A DNA stretch of 64,000 nucleotides, from IMG/VR virus record IMGVR_UViG_3300020046_001459, positions 3,750 through 67,749 of that record; one strand, written 5' to 3'. This DNA comes from a virus. A model generated the notes under the pieces. That model saw nothing but the letters and a program-made list of their open reading frames with translations. It was not told where the DNA came from and made no database searches. The position numbers were made by a program, and so were the translations under genes. Below are positions 9,126-21,800 of this stretch, piece by piece. Position 1 is the first letter of the stretch, and every line of letters begins with the position of its first letter.

Positions 9126-12100
9126 TGGAAGCAGTTAATGATTTTTCTAGGGGGATGCAAAGCGATGTATCTAAATTGATACAAGCTAAAAATACCTATT
9201 TGGAAGCTATAAACTTCCGACCATTCACAGAGCTAGGTGCATCTAATACTTCATTAGTTACTATTAAAGGTAATGAGTGTGGTGTTAAGTTTCCTACTAT
9301 GAATGATATCTTTAAGTTAAAAATAGATATTAAAGATAACACTACTTTTACAGATACTATAGATTTTACTATTATAGGCCCTTGGGGTACTGATACTGTT
9401 ACTGGATTTACTGTAAACAGTTCTACTAATATCTTTACATTATATCAAGAAATTATTGCTCTACCAAACTATGGTACAGAATATACAGCTGCATATAAAG
9501 ATGATTATATCATGATCTATCAACGTACTACTACTGTAGATTGTGTTGATGATGTTAGTCCTTTTACTGTAGATATATCTGAGAATTCAGCTCCTGGAAC
9601 TCAAAATACTATTTGGTATGTTAAGCCAGATGGTACATTTGTAAACAATCCTATTGGTCTTGGAGATGATACATTCTTTATTCCTGCGGCAGTAGATCCA
9701 CTTATTCCTATTGGTTATACAACTATTCTTGAAGATGTTTATTTATTTGTAGCTGAAGATAATCCAGCTTATACAGATATCTATCCATCTGGTATAGGTA
9801 TTCCAACTAATGATTCTTATTCATATCCTGGTTACATATTTAAATTACAATATGATGAATCTACATCAGCTACTACACTTACATTAGTATATGCAGCTTA
9901 TTTGAACTTTACTAAGTATGCAGCTATTGCCCCTAGTGCAGCTATTGGTAGATATGAATCTCAAGAAATTCAACGTATTTATTGGTCAGACTTTTATAAT
10001 AAAGTTAAAACTTTAAATGTTACTGATCCACAAGTAATGGCTATAAATCCTATATTAACAGGACTTAATCCATCAGTTGGTTTTGACATTCCTATTATGA
10101 CTAACATCATAGCAGGATCCTTGAATGTAGGTACTTATGAACTATGCTATAGATTAAAACAAACATTAGGAGCTATTACTAATTATAGTACTGTATCTAA
10201 TATGGTACATTTAGCTAGTCCTAGTATCACTGATTTTTTAAACTATGAAGGTAGTGTACCAGGATCTAACTCTAATAAAGGAATTAGATTTAAGATTTCT
10301 AATGTAGATAATGCTTATGATGTTATAGAATATATAGTATTATTCAGAGATAGTGATACTGATGTTTGTAAAGTTTATTCTTTAGATGAAGAAAATATAC
10401 CTACTAGTGGTATAGTTACTGTAGATGTTACTAGTTTAGCTTCTGCTGATGAGATATTATTAACAGACTTCTTAGCTATACAATCTTCATTTACTCATGC
10501 TAAAACTGTAGATACAAAAGATAACCGTTTATTTTGGGGTAATGTTAAAACTAAGCGTGGTAGTTTACCATCTTGGGATGCTAGAGCTTTTAGAGCTAAG
10601 ACAACAGATCCTATTGGTTTAGTGAATAACGATGATGTCTACTTAATTAATAACGGAGTATCTACTGGGGCTATTACTCAAGCAGCTGCAGAAGCTTTTC
10701 CTGAAACATATGATTGTATTAATGAGTACTATGATAATACAGGTGGATTTGGTACTGATGCTTGTTACTATAAACCAGGTGCTGCTTATGTAGGTGGATC
10801 ACCTGTATTAGGTGGGGCTGGTGCTAATATATCTTATGAATTTGGTACTTTAAGTATTAGTCTAGATGATAATGATACAATGTATAATTATGATGCTGGA
10901 TATAATATTTATAGTGATGTTCCATTTAGAAATGTTAATGGTGATACAAGAACACAAACTTTATTAAGTTCACCTAACGATTCTCCTAATCAGACTTATA
11001 CACTAGATACTTTTAACTCTATGAAAAGTCCTTATAGAAGTTCTTTATTAAAAGGATTTCAACATGAGGAGATTTATAGATTTGCTTTTGAGGCACTTGA
11101 TCTTGAAGGTAATCCCTATTTTTCAAAATGGATAGGTGATATTAAAATGCCATCTTATGGTGATCCAAATACTAATCCTGATCCAACAGCATTAGCTTAT
11201 GGTGTTACTGATTTTAGATTATCTTATAATGGTTCTTCTCCTAATAGTAACGTATATGCTACATATGGTCAAGTTCTATATATTAAATTTGAGGTTGATG
11301 TAACTGCAATAAAAGATGTTATAAGTGGCTACAGAATTGTTAGAATGGAGAGAGATACTAATGCTAACAAAACTATATTAGGTTGTGGATTAATTACTCC
11401 TACTTATGCAGAGAATGCTGTATCTAATGATGTATTCTTACCTTCTTGTTGGAGGTATGTTAATAGGACAATACCTACTATTCTAAATCCAGCTAATCAA
11501 GGGAAACCTTGGAATCCCTCACCATCACAAGATGTTTGGGAAACTCTTACTATAGATGCTGCTACACATGGATCTATGGATCCTAAAGCACGCACAACAA
11601 AAACATTTGATTGTTTTGACTTCTTTGTAAATAATGGATTCAGTGCTGCCACAGGTGATAAAATGCTTATAAGATCTAAGCAAACTTCTAAAAACTATGT
11701 AGATGCTTTAGCGGGTAATAGCATGGGTTATAGATGGTGGGATTATAGTAATGGTAATGGTGCTGACTGGTATAATATAGGTGGTCCACCTAGAACTATG
11801 AATGCTTTAAAACCATTAGTAGAATCAGTATTTCCTCTTTTTGGTCCTGGTGCTTATGGTATAGATGCTTATAACTTTAATACAGGTTTAGGCGCTACTG
11901 TAAATCATCAAACAGGATATGATTCTGATCAAATGCCTTACTACATCCATAAGTATATGGATAATAATATATTTGGTACATTTGCTACTGTAAGCGCTTC
12001 AGGTACTTATAACGTAACTATTGATGAAGCTCAGTGGGTTGAAGCAGGTATTAATGAAACAGCAGCTTTTGGTACTGGTGCTGTATACTGTAATTACGGC

Positions 12101-13951
12101 AGAACTTATGGTACAGGAGGACAAAAAACAATTAACCCTTGTATTGGTCATTCTACTTTAGCTATGTCTATAGCTTTGAATGAGACTGCAGCTCCTTTTA
12201 GTTGTGACCCATCAACAGATGCTGGTAAATTATTAGCATTATATTATAGACCTAATACTAATCAATATGGTGGTAATACCTATGCTTCTAGAGCGGGAAA
12301 TACATATATAGCATGTGGTAGTTATATTCCTATAAAAAGAAATGGTCTTGTTTTAACAAATAACCTTTCTTTAACCATTGATACATTAGGTGGTGATATC
12401 CAATTAGGATATTGGGATATGCAAAAAGCATCTAAAGATGTAAGCAATGGTTCTGCATCAGGGCCTATTTTTGAATATTATGGACATGGAGCTGCAATAG
12501 ATACACAATATGCAGGAGGACTTGGCGTAACACCTTTACAAGCAGAGGCTACAGTATCTGTTACATTAATGTTTCCTTGTACTAATATTGCTAACTCAGA
12601 AATGCGTTTTGGTGCTCATATCAATAGAAACTTGACTAGCAACGTATATATACAACCAGACACTAATACTTATGCTAATTACCATTCAAACGAGTCTAAT
12701 GTAGTTAAGTATTTCTCTGAGCCTTTAGATTTTGTTGAGTCTGATAAGTGGATCAATAGGGTACATTACTCTGAAGTAAAATATAACAACGAGACTAAAG
12801 ATAGTTGGCAAGTATATAAGACTAATAACTTCTATGATGTAGAAGGTAACTATGGTTCTATTAATGCTCTAGTAGCATTTAAAGAAAACCTTTACTATAT
12901 ACAAGAACGAGGATTTGGTATACTATATGTAAATCCTATGACTGCTGTTACTAGTGATAATAATATCCCAGTAGTACTAGGTCTAGGTGCTACTATACAA
13001 CGTCATAACTATATTAAGTTAGATGTAGGAACTATGCATCAATGGTCTGTATTCAGATCACCTGATAACATTAGTTTTATAGATAGTAGACATAAGACAC
13101 AATATATGTTCAATGGTCAATCTTTACAACCTGTATCTGATTTAAAAGGACAACGTAACTTCTTTATTAAGAGATTTCATCCAGATATTATTCTTAGAGA
13201 TAATCCTATTATAGGTAAAGGTGTGCATACAACATATGACTTTTACCATAAAGAGTTCTTAACTACTTTTAATAATGAACATGATCCTGCAGATGTATCT
13301 TATGAACAATACACTATTGCTTATAGTGAAGCTATAGATGCTTATAGTTCTTTATACACATGTGTACCTAAAACATACTTTAATAACAATAGGTATATAT
13401 TTAGTTTTGATAATACAGAATCTATCTATGTGCACAATGTTGGTTACTATGGTACATTCTATGAAGTAGAGAATCCTTCTTACTTAAAGGTTCTTGTAAA
13501 TGATAATCCTAAGTATACTAAGGTGTTTGATAATCTTATCCTAACAACTGAATCTATAGATGATCAGATTGAATGGATTGATGAGGTCATTACTCCAAGT
13601 TCTAATACTCAAGTATACTCTGATAACATCAATATGTTAACAGATACTTTTAATGAGCTTAGATGTTATACAGATGCTTACAATACAGATTGGACAGCAT
13701 TAGTACTAGACTTCAATCTTAAGAAGAAAGAACAATCCTGGTTTACACCAGTACCTAGAAACAAGGTAGAATACGATACATTAACTCCTAGTACAAGTTC
13801 TATATTTGATCCTGCTGTTCTAACCAAGTTAGACTTTGGAGAACGTTTGAGAGATAAATATATGGTAGTAGATCTAAAGTACAACAATGCTGATAACCGC
13901 AGATTCATTGTACACAATTTACGCACTATGTATAGACCTTCAGCTAGATAA
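9125..13951 (+). CDS. large virion protein (1608 aa), probable tail fibre/tailspike or tail tip
   Basis: Very long ORF, Thr/Asn/Gly/Tyr-rich beta-type composition. Confidence 0.7.
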   Translation: MEAVNDFSRGMQSDVSKLIQAKNTYLEAINFRPFTELGASNTSLVTIKGNECGVKFPTMNDIFKLKIDIKDNTTFTDTIDFTIIGPWGTDTVTGFTVNSSTNIFTLYQEIIALPNYGTEYTAAYKDDYIMIYQRTTTVDCVDDVSPFTVDISENSAPGTQNTIWYVKPDGTFVNNPIGLGDDTFFIPAAVDPLIPIGYTTILEDVYLFVAEDNPAYTDIYPSGIGIPTNDSYSYPGYIFKLQYDESTSATTLTLVYAAYLNFTKYAAIAPSAAIGRYESQEIQRIYWSDFYNKVKTLNVTDPQVMAINPILTGLNPSVGFDIPIMTNIIAGSLNVGTYELCYRLKQTLGAITNYSTVSNMVHLASPSITDFLNYEGSVPGSNSNKGIRFKISNVDNAYDVIEYIVLFRDSDTDVCKVYSLDEENIPTSGIVTVDVTSLASADEILLTDFLAIQSSFTHAKTVDTKDNRLFWGNVKTKRGSLPSWDARAFRAKTTDPIGLVNNDDVYLINNGVSTGAITQAAAEAFPETYDCINEYYDNTGGFGTDACYYKPGAAYVGGSPVLGGAGANISYEFGTLSISLDDNDTMYNYDAGYNIYSDVPFRNVNGDTRTQTLLSSPNDSPNQTYTLDTFNSMKSPYRSSLLKGFQHEEIYRFAFEALDLEGNPYFSKWIGDIKMPSYGDPNTNPDPTALAYGVTDFRLSYNGSSPNSNVYATYGQVLYIKFEVDVTAIKDVISGYRIVRMERDTNANKTILGCGLITPTYAENAVSNDVFLPSCWRYVNRTIPTILNPANQGKPWNPSPSQDVWETLTIDAATHGSMDPKARTTKTFDCFDFFVNNGFSAATGDKMLIRSKQTSKNYVDALAGNSMGYRWWDYSNGNGADWYNIGGPPRTMNALKPLVESVFPLFGPGAYGIDAYNFNTGLGATVNHQTGYDSDQMPYYIHKYMDNNIFGTFATVSASGTYNVTIDEAQWVEAGINETAAFGTGAVYCNYGRTYGTGGQKTINPCIGHSTLAMSIALNETAAPFSCDPSTDAGKLLALYYRPNTNQYGGNTYASRAGNTYIACGSYIPIKRNGLVLTNNLSLTIDTLGGDIQLGYWDMQKASKDVSNGSASGPIFEYYGHGAAIDTQYAGGLGVTPLQAEATVSVTLMFPCTNIANSEMRFGAHINRNLTSNVYIQPDTNTYANYHSNESNVVKYFSEPLDFVESDKWINRVHYSEVKYNNETKDSWQVYKTNNFYDVEGNYGSINALVAFKENLYYIQERGFGILYVNPMTAVTSDNNIPVVLGLGATIQRHNYIKLDVGTMHQWSVFRSPDNISFIDSRHKTQYMFNGQSLQPVSDLKGQRNFFIKRFHPDIILRDNPIIGKGVHTTYDFYHKEFLTTFNNEHDPADVSYEQYTIAYSEAIDAYSSLYTCVPKTYFNNNRYIFSFDNTESIYVHNVGYYGTFYEVENPSYLKVLVNDNPKYTKVFDNLILTTESIDDQIEWIDEVITPSSNTQVYSDNINMLTDTFNELRCYTDAYNTDWTALVLDFNLKKKEQSWFTPVPRNKVEYDTLTPSTSSIFDPAVLTKLDFGERLRDKYMVVDLKYNNADNRRFIVHNLRTMYRPSAR

Positions 13952-13975
13952 TCTATAATAGTTCCTATTATAAGA

Positions 13976-13983
13976 TATATTTG
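13976..13983 (+). promoter_or_regulatory. candidate -7 promoter element TAtaTTTG ~55 nt upstream of the 902-aa gene
   Basis: TAnnTTTG match in 88-bp intergenic gap. Confidence 0.3.
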
Positions 13984-14039
13984 CATTCTATCATAAAAAT
14001 CATTATATTACCTATACAGTATAACAAACTTTATTATCC

Positions 14040-16748
14040 ATGGCTTCATCCTTTAAAAGAAAGAAAAAACCATTACCAAAATTTACTAATGGTTCTATAT
14101 ATTCAGACGCCGCTACCAATAATATGGCTAATGCTAGAATTGATGATCGTGGACGTAGTTCTGCGGGAGATTATTCTATGATGGCTAGCGCAGAAGGTGC
14201 TAGGATGGGGACAGAATCTGGTGATATGACAGGTACAGCAGGAGTACAATCAGCTGGTGGTGACTCTGGTATGATGGGAAATATGGGTAAGATGAATATG
14301 TTTGGTATGGTTGAGGCTGGTGCAAAAGGTCTTACTAACCAAGAGAATGCTCAATATACTGATGGTGCACAAGGGGGGACGAATGGTAATCTTGAAAAAC
14401 AAGCTGGAAAAATCTTACCTTGGATGGGCATGGCTACATCTTTAAGAGATATGGGACAATCTTACTTAGGTAGAGATGAACTAGGTAACCTTAAAGGTGA
14501 TGGTAATAAAATAGCTGGTGAGTGGTCAACTGCTGATCATACTCAAATGTTAAAGTATGCTCAAAAAGGAGATGCTTGGGGAGTTGTAAGAGAGTCTGCT
14601 GGTATTGGAAAGATTGGTAGAACTGTTTCTCATATAGCTGGTAAGGGGAAAGAAGAATCTGGAGGATGGGGTAAATTCAATAAAGCTATGGGTATGGAAA
14701 AAGATAAAGTAGCAGTAGATCCTAATTTAGCAATTAAACAACAAGCTGAGATGGCAGATATAGCAAACAAAAATAAATATGGTACCTTTAGACAAGGTGG
14801 AATGTCTTACCCTACTAATGCTATTCCTATGCATGGTAATATGTGGGCTGTTCCTACATTTGCTATGGGTGGTGTTAATGCTGAAGTAGAGAAGCAAGAA
14901 AATACTATTGCTCCTGATGGAGAGTTTACACAATTTGATGGCCCCTCACATGAGCAGGGTGGTATTAAAACTAGCCTAGAGCCAGGTGAACTTATCTTTA
15001 GTGATAAGTTAAAACCTATGGGTTCTAAGAAGACTTTTGCTAAATTGAATAAAAGCAATAACACTAATAAAGAACAAAAGATATTAGAGGATCCTAAATC
15101 TTCTACACTATCTAAAAAAACAGCAGAGTTAAATCTAATGTCTAAACAAGCAGATTCATTAAAACTATTCCAAGCACAAGAGTCTTTAAAGATGTCTAAG
15201 CTAAATAGTTATACTAAACGATTGGGTGGTATTCAAACACATGCATATGGTGGATATCAAGATGATCCTGTTAAGAAAATTGGGGCATCAGGATATAATG
15301 CAGTATTAATAGACCCTAAAAATTTACCATCTGATTATCAGTTCCAAGAAAGAACTACTACACCTTTAGGTGGAGGTAGAACAAGAGTTACTAATGTATA
15401 TAATAAGCCTGTTACAGATAAACCTGTACCAAGTACTTCTCCTGGTGGACCTAGTGCAGATTGGGAGAATGCTATCATCAAAAGACTTCAATCAGGAGAA
15501 TCACCTGAAGATCTAAGAGTAGCTGGTTATTTTGGAAATGAAGGTGCTAAAAAGTATGCTAAATACTATAGACCATTAAAAACAGAAATAACACAAGAAG
15601 CTCCAAAGCAAGATGCTAGAGTATATGGTGAAAAAACCATAGCTGGTAAAATTCAACCTAAAGGATATGCAGAGCAGCCTTGGGAAACTTATAGAACATT
15701 CCCTGAAGCTGGTAAAGCTAATGTATATACAGATGTTAATTACTATCAAGGTAAACCTATTGATGTGACGAAGTCATTTGACTCTACAGGTAAGTTTATA
15801 CCTTCATATTTAGACAGTGCTGCTACAGGTACATACTTGCAGCAACAAGGTAATACTATGAATAGGAATCCTTTACCATTACTAAATCCTAATGAGAAAG
15901 CAACTAATCTAAACTCTTACTCTGTAAATAGATATGGTGGAATTCAGAAGTTTAGTCCAGGTGGTACATATCCGAATAAATCCTTGTATGATTTTAATAT
16001 GCCTATTGGAGGCCCATTAGATCAAGCTATTCTTAGAGATAAGAATCAATCTTATAAGTCAGATAAAACTGAATATAACTATGATCCTACTACAGGTAAA
16101 TATTATGATGATCCTACTATTGGAACACCTGATACAGCAGGTGATGATAATACTCCTAAATCAAATTCAGGGTCAAATAATAACTGGAAAGAAGGAGCTT
16201 ATCAATTAGCTACAGGGTTAGCTAGTAATATGGGAGAGATCTATGCTATGCAGAAAGCCTCTAAACCTGTTGAGGTTCAACAGCGTTATGATTATAAACC
16301 AGAGGTATTAAACAATACTGCTGCTGATAGAGCTGCATGGAAGATGTATAAAACCACAGCAGATAGTTTAAAAAATGCTGGATTAAGTGCCGGACAATAT
16401 GTTAGTAATTTAGGTGCTAATAGAGCTAGTTTAACTGAACAGTTAGATACTCAACGTATAAATCGTGAGAATGTTAATGTTGGTATTAGAAATGATGCTC
16501 AAGTACGTAATATAGCTGGTAGATATTCTGTAGATGATATTAATGCTAGAAACAGGGCAGCTAAAGAAAACTTACAACTTAAAGCTACTGAGCGTATGGG
16601 TACTAACTTTGCTCAACAATCTAAAGACTATCGTGCTACTCAGCAAGAAAAACAAATGTTACCTTTCATGCAGAAAGCCTTTTCTGATCCTGCCTTCCAA
16701 AAAATGTTCGCTGAATGGATGGCTTCTAATGGTGGAAAAACAACTTAA
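14040..16748 (+). CDS. virion protein (902 aa) with Gly/Met-rich low-complexity N-terminus; possible internal/ejection protein
   Basis: GDMTGTAGVQSAGGDSGMMGNMGKMNMFGM low-complexity segment. Confidence 0.7.
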   Translation: MASSFKRKKKPLPKFTNGSIYSDAATNNMANARIDDRGRSSAGDYSMMASAEGARMGTESGDMTGTAGVQSAGGDSGMMGNMGKMNMFGMVEAGAKGLTNQENAQYTDGAQGGTNGNLEKQAGKILPWMGMATSLRDMGQSYLGRDELGNLKGDGNKIAGEWSTADHTQMLKYAQKGDAWGVVRESAGIGKIGRTVSHIAGKGKEESGGWGKFNKAMGMEKDKVAVDPNLAIKQQAEMADIANKNKYGTFRQGGMSYPTNAIPMHGNMWAVPTFAMGGVNAEVEKQENTIAPDGEFTQFDGPSHEQGGIKTSLEPGELIFSDKLKPMGSKKTFAKLNKSNNTNKEQKILEDPKSSTLSKKTAELNLMSKQADSLKLFQAQESLKMSKLNSYTKRLGGIQTHAYGGYQDDPVKKIGASGYNAVLIDPKNLPSDYQFQERTTTPLGGGRTRVTNVYNKPVTDKPVPSTSPGGPSADWENAIIKRLQSGESPEDLRVAGYFGNEGAKKYAKYYRPLKTEITQEAPKQDARVYGEKTIAGKIQPKGYAEQPWETYRTFPEAGKANVYTDVNYYQGKPIDVTKSFDSTGKFIPSYLDSAATGTYLQQQGNTMNRNPLPLLNPNEKATNLNSYSVNRYGGIQKFSPGGTYPNKSLYDFNMPIGGPLDQAILRDKNQSYKSDKTEYNYDPTTGKYYDDPTIGTPDTAGDDNTPKSNSGSNNNWKEGAYQLATGLASNMGEIYAMQKASKPVEVQQRYDYKPEVLNNTAADRAAWKMYKTTADSLKNAGLSAGQYVSNLGANRASLTEQLDTQRINRENVNVGIRNDAQVRNIAGRYSVDDINARNRAAKENLQLKATERMGTNFAQQSKDYRATQQEKQMLPFMQKAFSDPAFQKMFAEWMASNGGKTT

Positions 16749-16798
16749 TTTTCCATATTAAATTTTGATATTTAAATAATAATTATTACTTTTACACT

Positions 16799-18880
16799 AT
16801 GGCTATAAATAGATACGTTGATGTTAATTTTGATCAACCAGTGTCAAACTATGTACCTCTCCCATTGGAGATGTTATATAAACTTGGTAAAGATGCTAGT
16901 AAGGATTATGAAGATACCATGAAAGATATGGAATCTGGTAAAGATCCTATCTCTAAATTAAATACACGTAGTGTAGCTAGAGTTTATGATCCTGCTCAAG
17001 GAGGTATGGTTGATGCTCCTATTGATTTTGAAAAGGAGAAAAAAGGAGTATTAGATTATATGAATACTCAAAAGCAACAAATAGTAGATGATTATATTAA
17101 GGATAAAGATACCAACAGATATAAACAAAGAGCAGCTAAGTTAAAAGGAGAACTAACTTCTGCCTATTCTGATTTAGCAGGAAAGTCTGCTATTGTAGAT
17201 CAAATTAATAAAGAGAATATTGAATTAAGTAAAAGTGAAGCATTTGGACTGAATCCTGCTTATGCTACTAAACGTTTACAATATAACACCCAATATCTAA
17301 AAGATATGCAAAACCCTGATAAGGGGTTACAAGCATATGCACCACCAGCTGTTGCTAAACAAGTGTCAATGGAAGATGTTTATGTTAAAGACATCACTGG
17401 TTGGAAAGAAGATGATATGGGCAGCAAATCTTATACTGATGGTCAGTATATTCATGATATAAATACTAAAGGAATTACTGGTACACGAGTTTATGATTAT
17501 GCTAAAAGAGCTTGGAATGACCCTAATCATTCAGCAAGAGCTGTAGCTAATTTAGAACTAGAACATGATTTAAACATGAAAGGATTAAAACCAGATTCTA
17601 TTGTTGAATATCAAGACTATAAGAAAGATGCTGATGGTAATATTATAAAAGATAAACAAGGTAATCCTGTATTAGAAGTTAAGAAAGGTAAATACGCAGA
17701 TATCTTTATGGAAGATAAACAAAGAGACTATGCTCAAGCTTTAGCTGATAGAATAGTACACCAAACTATTGATACTAAAATGTCTGCAGATGCTTTTGGT
17801 TTACATGATTATAAGCAAAAAGTAGCTGAAGAGTCTGCTAAGTCTTATGCAAATACATCCTCAGTTGGTAATCCTACTGCTACAAATATGCAACAACTTT
17901 TATCTGAAAATGGTTTAAGTGATCTTATAGATGCTGATGGAAATATTAAATCACATAATTCTGGAATTCTAGTAGGACACAATCCAGCTGGTATGTTACC
18001 TAATATTGGTTTTTATGGGGCAACTGAAGGTGACAATGCTGTAAACGCAGCATTTAAAAAAGCACAGGAAGTAGGTAAAGCTCTTAATTTACCAACTCCT
18101 AAAGATGGTAATTGGGTTAAAGCTGTGCATAGACATTTTCAAAATGTGGCTATACAAGCTTCTACTACATCAGATTTCCACCCTAGTACAGCAGAGTCTT
18201 TAACTAAAAACTTTTTAGGTGAGAACTCTGATATTGGTAATATGGAAATATATCCACAAGGAAGTCAAAATAAAAATGATAAGGCTACTACAGAAGTAGC
18301 AGGTAGATTGGCTAAAAATTCTAAATTTACAGGTATAGATTACTATGCCAATGATAATGCAGGATTAAAATTAGCATACACACCTAAAGATTCTAATGGA
18401 GCACAATCTGGTCCAGATGAATCTTATATAGCTATTCCAAAAAATAAAAACTTCTTAGCTGAGGCAGAGCCAGTAAGGCATATTAGTAATGCTTATGTAA
18501 CCTACATGAAAAATCCTGTAGCTTATGACAAAGATATTAAAGAGAATCCAAATAAATATTTTAAAACAGATGATGGATCAACTAACATATTAAAAAATAA
18601 AGCTAAAGAGGTTATAGGTGAAGGTAGTAAATTAATAGCTACATCTGTTGAAATACGTAAGGATGCTAAAAATAACCCATATACTATATATAGAGGTGTT
18701 GTAGAGGCGGGTGGAAATACTGCTGTACTTACTTATAATGGAAAAACTAAAACTTGGAACAGGGCTGAGCCATTACAATCTGTTCAAGAAGAACAGACTC
18801 ATTATATTGAAACAGAAGGGTCTTTAAGACAATTTAATACTAAGTTAGCAGAAACTTTAAAAACTACTGAAGTAGAATAA
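16799..18880 (+). CDS. virion protein (693 aa)
   Basis: ORF between large structural genes. Confidence 0.65.
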   Translation: MAINRYVDVNFDQPVSNYVPLPLEMLYKLGKDASKDYEDTMKDMESGKDPISKLNTRSVARVYDPAQGGMVDAPIDFEKEKKGVLDYMNTQKQQIVDDYIKDKDTNRYKQRAAKLKGELTSAYSDLAGKSAIVDQINKENIELSKSEAFGLNPAYATKRLQYNTQYLKDMQNPDKGLQAYAPPAVAKQVSMEDVYVKDITGWKEDDMGSKSYTDGQYIHDINTKGITGTRVYDYAKRAWNDPNHSARAVANLELEHDLNMKGLKPDSIVEYQDYKKDADGNIIKDKQGNPVLEVKKGKYADIFMEDKQRDYAQALADRIVHQTIDTKMSADAFGLHDYKQKVAEESAKSYANTSSVGNPTATNMQQLLSENGLSDLIDADGNIKSHNSGILVGHNPAGMLPNIGFYGATEGDNAVNAAFKKAQEVGKALNLPTPKDGNWVKAVHRHFQNVAIQASTTSDFHPSTAESLTKNFLGENSDIGNMEIYPQGSQNKNDKATTEVAGRLAKNSKFTGIDYYANDNAGLKLAYTPKDSNGAQSGPDESYIAIPKNKNFLAEAEPVRHISNAYVTYMKNPVAYDKDIKENPNKYFKTDDGSTNILKNKAKEVIGEGSKLIATSVEIRKDAKNNPYTIYRGVVEAGGNTAVLTYNGKTKTWNRAEPLQSVQEEQTHYIETEGSLRQFNTKLAETLKTTEVE

Positions 18881-18887
18881 TATTAAC

Positions 18888-21800
18888 ATGGGTAAAAAAG
18901 AAAAATTTTCAGGTATTCCTCAAGAAGCCATTAACCAACCAATACAATTAGATCCAGCATTATTTAAACAAAAATCAGAATTTATAGGTTCTTCACAGAA
19001 TAAAGATTTTGGGGAAAGTAAGCTTGATACTAATGTACCTGTTTCAATGGTTGAATCAGGAGATTATAAATACTTACGTGGTCAAAAACAATCTAATTTG
19101 GATAAAGCTGCTCATGGAATTATCCGTGGGGTAGGAGCCGCTGCTCAAACTTTAGCAGATGGTACTGTTGGTATTGGTTATGGTTTGATGAAATATTCAT
19201 CAGATGTTGCTACAGATGAATTAAATAAAGCTAAATATAAAGCTGAACATGGTACTCTTGAAGGATTTAAACCTTCTTCATGGACTGCTATCTTTGATAA
19301 TGAAGTTACTAGAAAAGGTGAGGAACTTGTTAAGGATCTAGAAGGTGAAGTACCTCTCTATAATACTAAAGAGTATGAAGAGGCATCTGGTATTGAGAAG
19401 TTGAAATATATGAACTTCTGGATGGATGATGTTGTTAAAGGTATTGGTACCACAGTTGGTTCTATGCCTTTAGGAGCTATGGGCTCTAAATTATTTAATG
19501 CTATTGGTAAGAACTTTGTAGCTGGTAAACTAGCTAATGGGGTTAAGACTGCATTAACTGGTACTGAGAATCTGGAAAAGGTTCTTGTAGATCAAGCTAA
19601 AAAAATAAAAATATATAATGCCACAGATAAACTAACTGCCAGTGCTTTTGCTTCTGTAAGTGAGGCTGGTATGGAAGCTCGTGGTACAGGAGATAAATTA
19701 CGAGAACAGTTATTATCTGAAATCTCTGCTAATGGTACAAGACAACCTACTCAAGCAGAATTAGACTGGGTAGAAATGACTGTAGATGATGCTAAGAAAG
19801 CTGCTTTTGGAACTAACATGGCTATTATTAGTGGTACAGATTTCTTTACCTTTGGTAAGTACATGGTATCTAATAAGTCTGCTAAGTACTTAGACGATAT
19901 AGAAAAACTATCTTCTAAGACTAATGTTAATGCTGGAAAGTATATCAATAAGGTTTCTAAAGAAGGTTCTACATTAGGTACAGATTACGTAGCTACAGAG
20001 TTATCTAAAAGTAAAAAAATATTAGATGCTGTAACTAAAGCTACTAAGCGTGTTATAGGAACTAATCTTGGTGAAGGTATTGAAGAGAATCTTCAAACTG
20101 CTACTGATTGGGGAGTTATTGACTTCGCTAAACAAAAATATTATGGTAAGCAAGATGCAGAATCTTTCTTACATTCATTAGGCGCAGCCTATGAAGGTGC
20201 AACATCTTCTGAAGGTGTTGAGGCTTTCTTAGCCGGATTTATTAGTGGTGGTATCTCTAACACTATTCTATCTAAGGGACAAAATATTAAAGAAGCATTC
20301 TCTAAGGATCCTGTTGTTAATAATGCTTTATCACAAATAAACCTATACAACTCTCAAAGTGTTATGGGTGAGTTAATGAAAGGTGTTGCTGAACAGTATG
20401 CTGCTGGTGTGCGTATGGATAATGCTAAGAGTGATACTTTTACATTTAACAATGCTCAATCAGATTTAGCTACTAGTTATGTATTAAGTCGTATTAAGAC
20501 TGGTAAGTTTGAAGATTTACAAACAGATCTTGATGAGTTAAAATCAATGCCTTCTGATGAGGTAGAAAAACTATTTGGTGTTAAGATTGGTGAAGGTGGT
20601 AAGAGATCTGTAGTAGATTATATCCAAGGAAAGATGGAGCAAGCTAAACAGATCAAACAGATCCATGATGCTAGTTATGTTGTGTTCCCTGAAGGAACTG
20701 TATCTGATAATAATCGTGATAGATTAATACATGCTAATGTATCTATCTTAGACTCACAAAAACGTATAGACTCTGTTAATAAAGATATCTTAGAAAAAAC
20801 AACAGGTCTATCTGAAAACTATAGTGAGAACGGACAAGTATCTACTGTTAACCTATCTCATTTCACAAAATCTGATGGTACAGTAGTTAACTATAATCAA
20901 CTTTCAGGTAAAGAAAGAAGTGCTGTTAGTGGTGAAATAGTTGCTAGATTAGAAAATAGTTCTATAGCTCCTGTAGAAATTCCTGGAATATTTAATCAAT
21001 TACATGATTTAGATAGATTAAAAGTTAGGCATGATGCCTATAAGGATATTTATAATTCATTATTAAATCCTGTAGAGGCTGCTAAGTTAGATAAAGAAGA
21101 TGCTGCTATTGAGAAAGAAATAGTACAGGAGAATGCTGCTAAAAAACTACAAGAAGAAAATCCCATTGTTACCAAAACTACAGAAAGTAAATCTGCTGCA
21201 TTAGCTGCTGCTCAAAAAGAAGCTACTGAAAATGGTAATATTGATGTCAACACAGAAGATTTCGCTGATCCTAATATTAAAAAAGCTAATACTATTATAG
21301 ATAAGATTGGGGAATCACAAATAGATAATCCAATGTTTGATGCTTCTGGTAATTTTAATCCTGATGCGGAAGATCCTGGTAAAAAAACATATGATAATTC
21401 TAAAAAACCTTTAACTGTACATAAAGAAGTTCTATCTGGGAAAGATACTTTTAATAGAATACATGTTAATAAGCATGATGCACCCAACGTTAAGGTTAAT
21501 GAGCTTAGAAAAGCACTGAGTAATATTTTTAAACTTCCAAAATCTGAATGGAATAAATATATAAAAATAGATCTTACTAATTATTGGTCTACAAGAAATA
21601 CTTCCAGTGATCAAATTCATACTAATAAATCTAATTCCCCATTTAATACTAAAGGTAACCAAGATATAGATACTAAAATTATTATTATTGATCCTGCTAC
21701 AGGAAAGATAGTAGATGATTTCCATAATATAAAGTATCATAATATGCTTACTCCTAAGAAGGAGATGGTTATAGGTACTAAAACATATAAACCTGGTGAG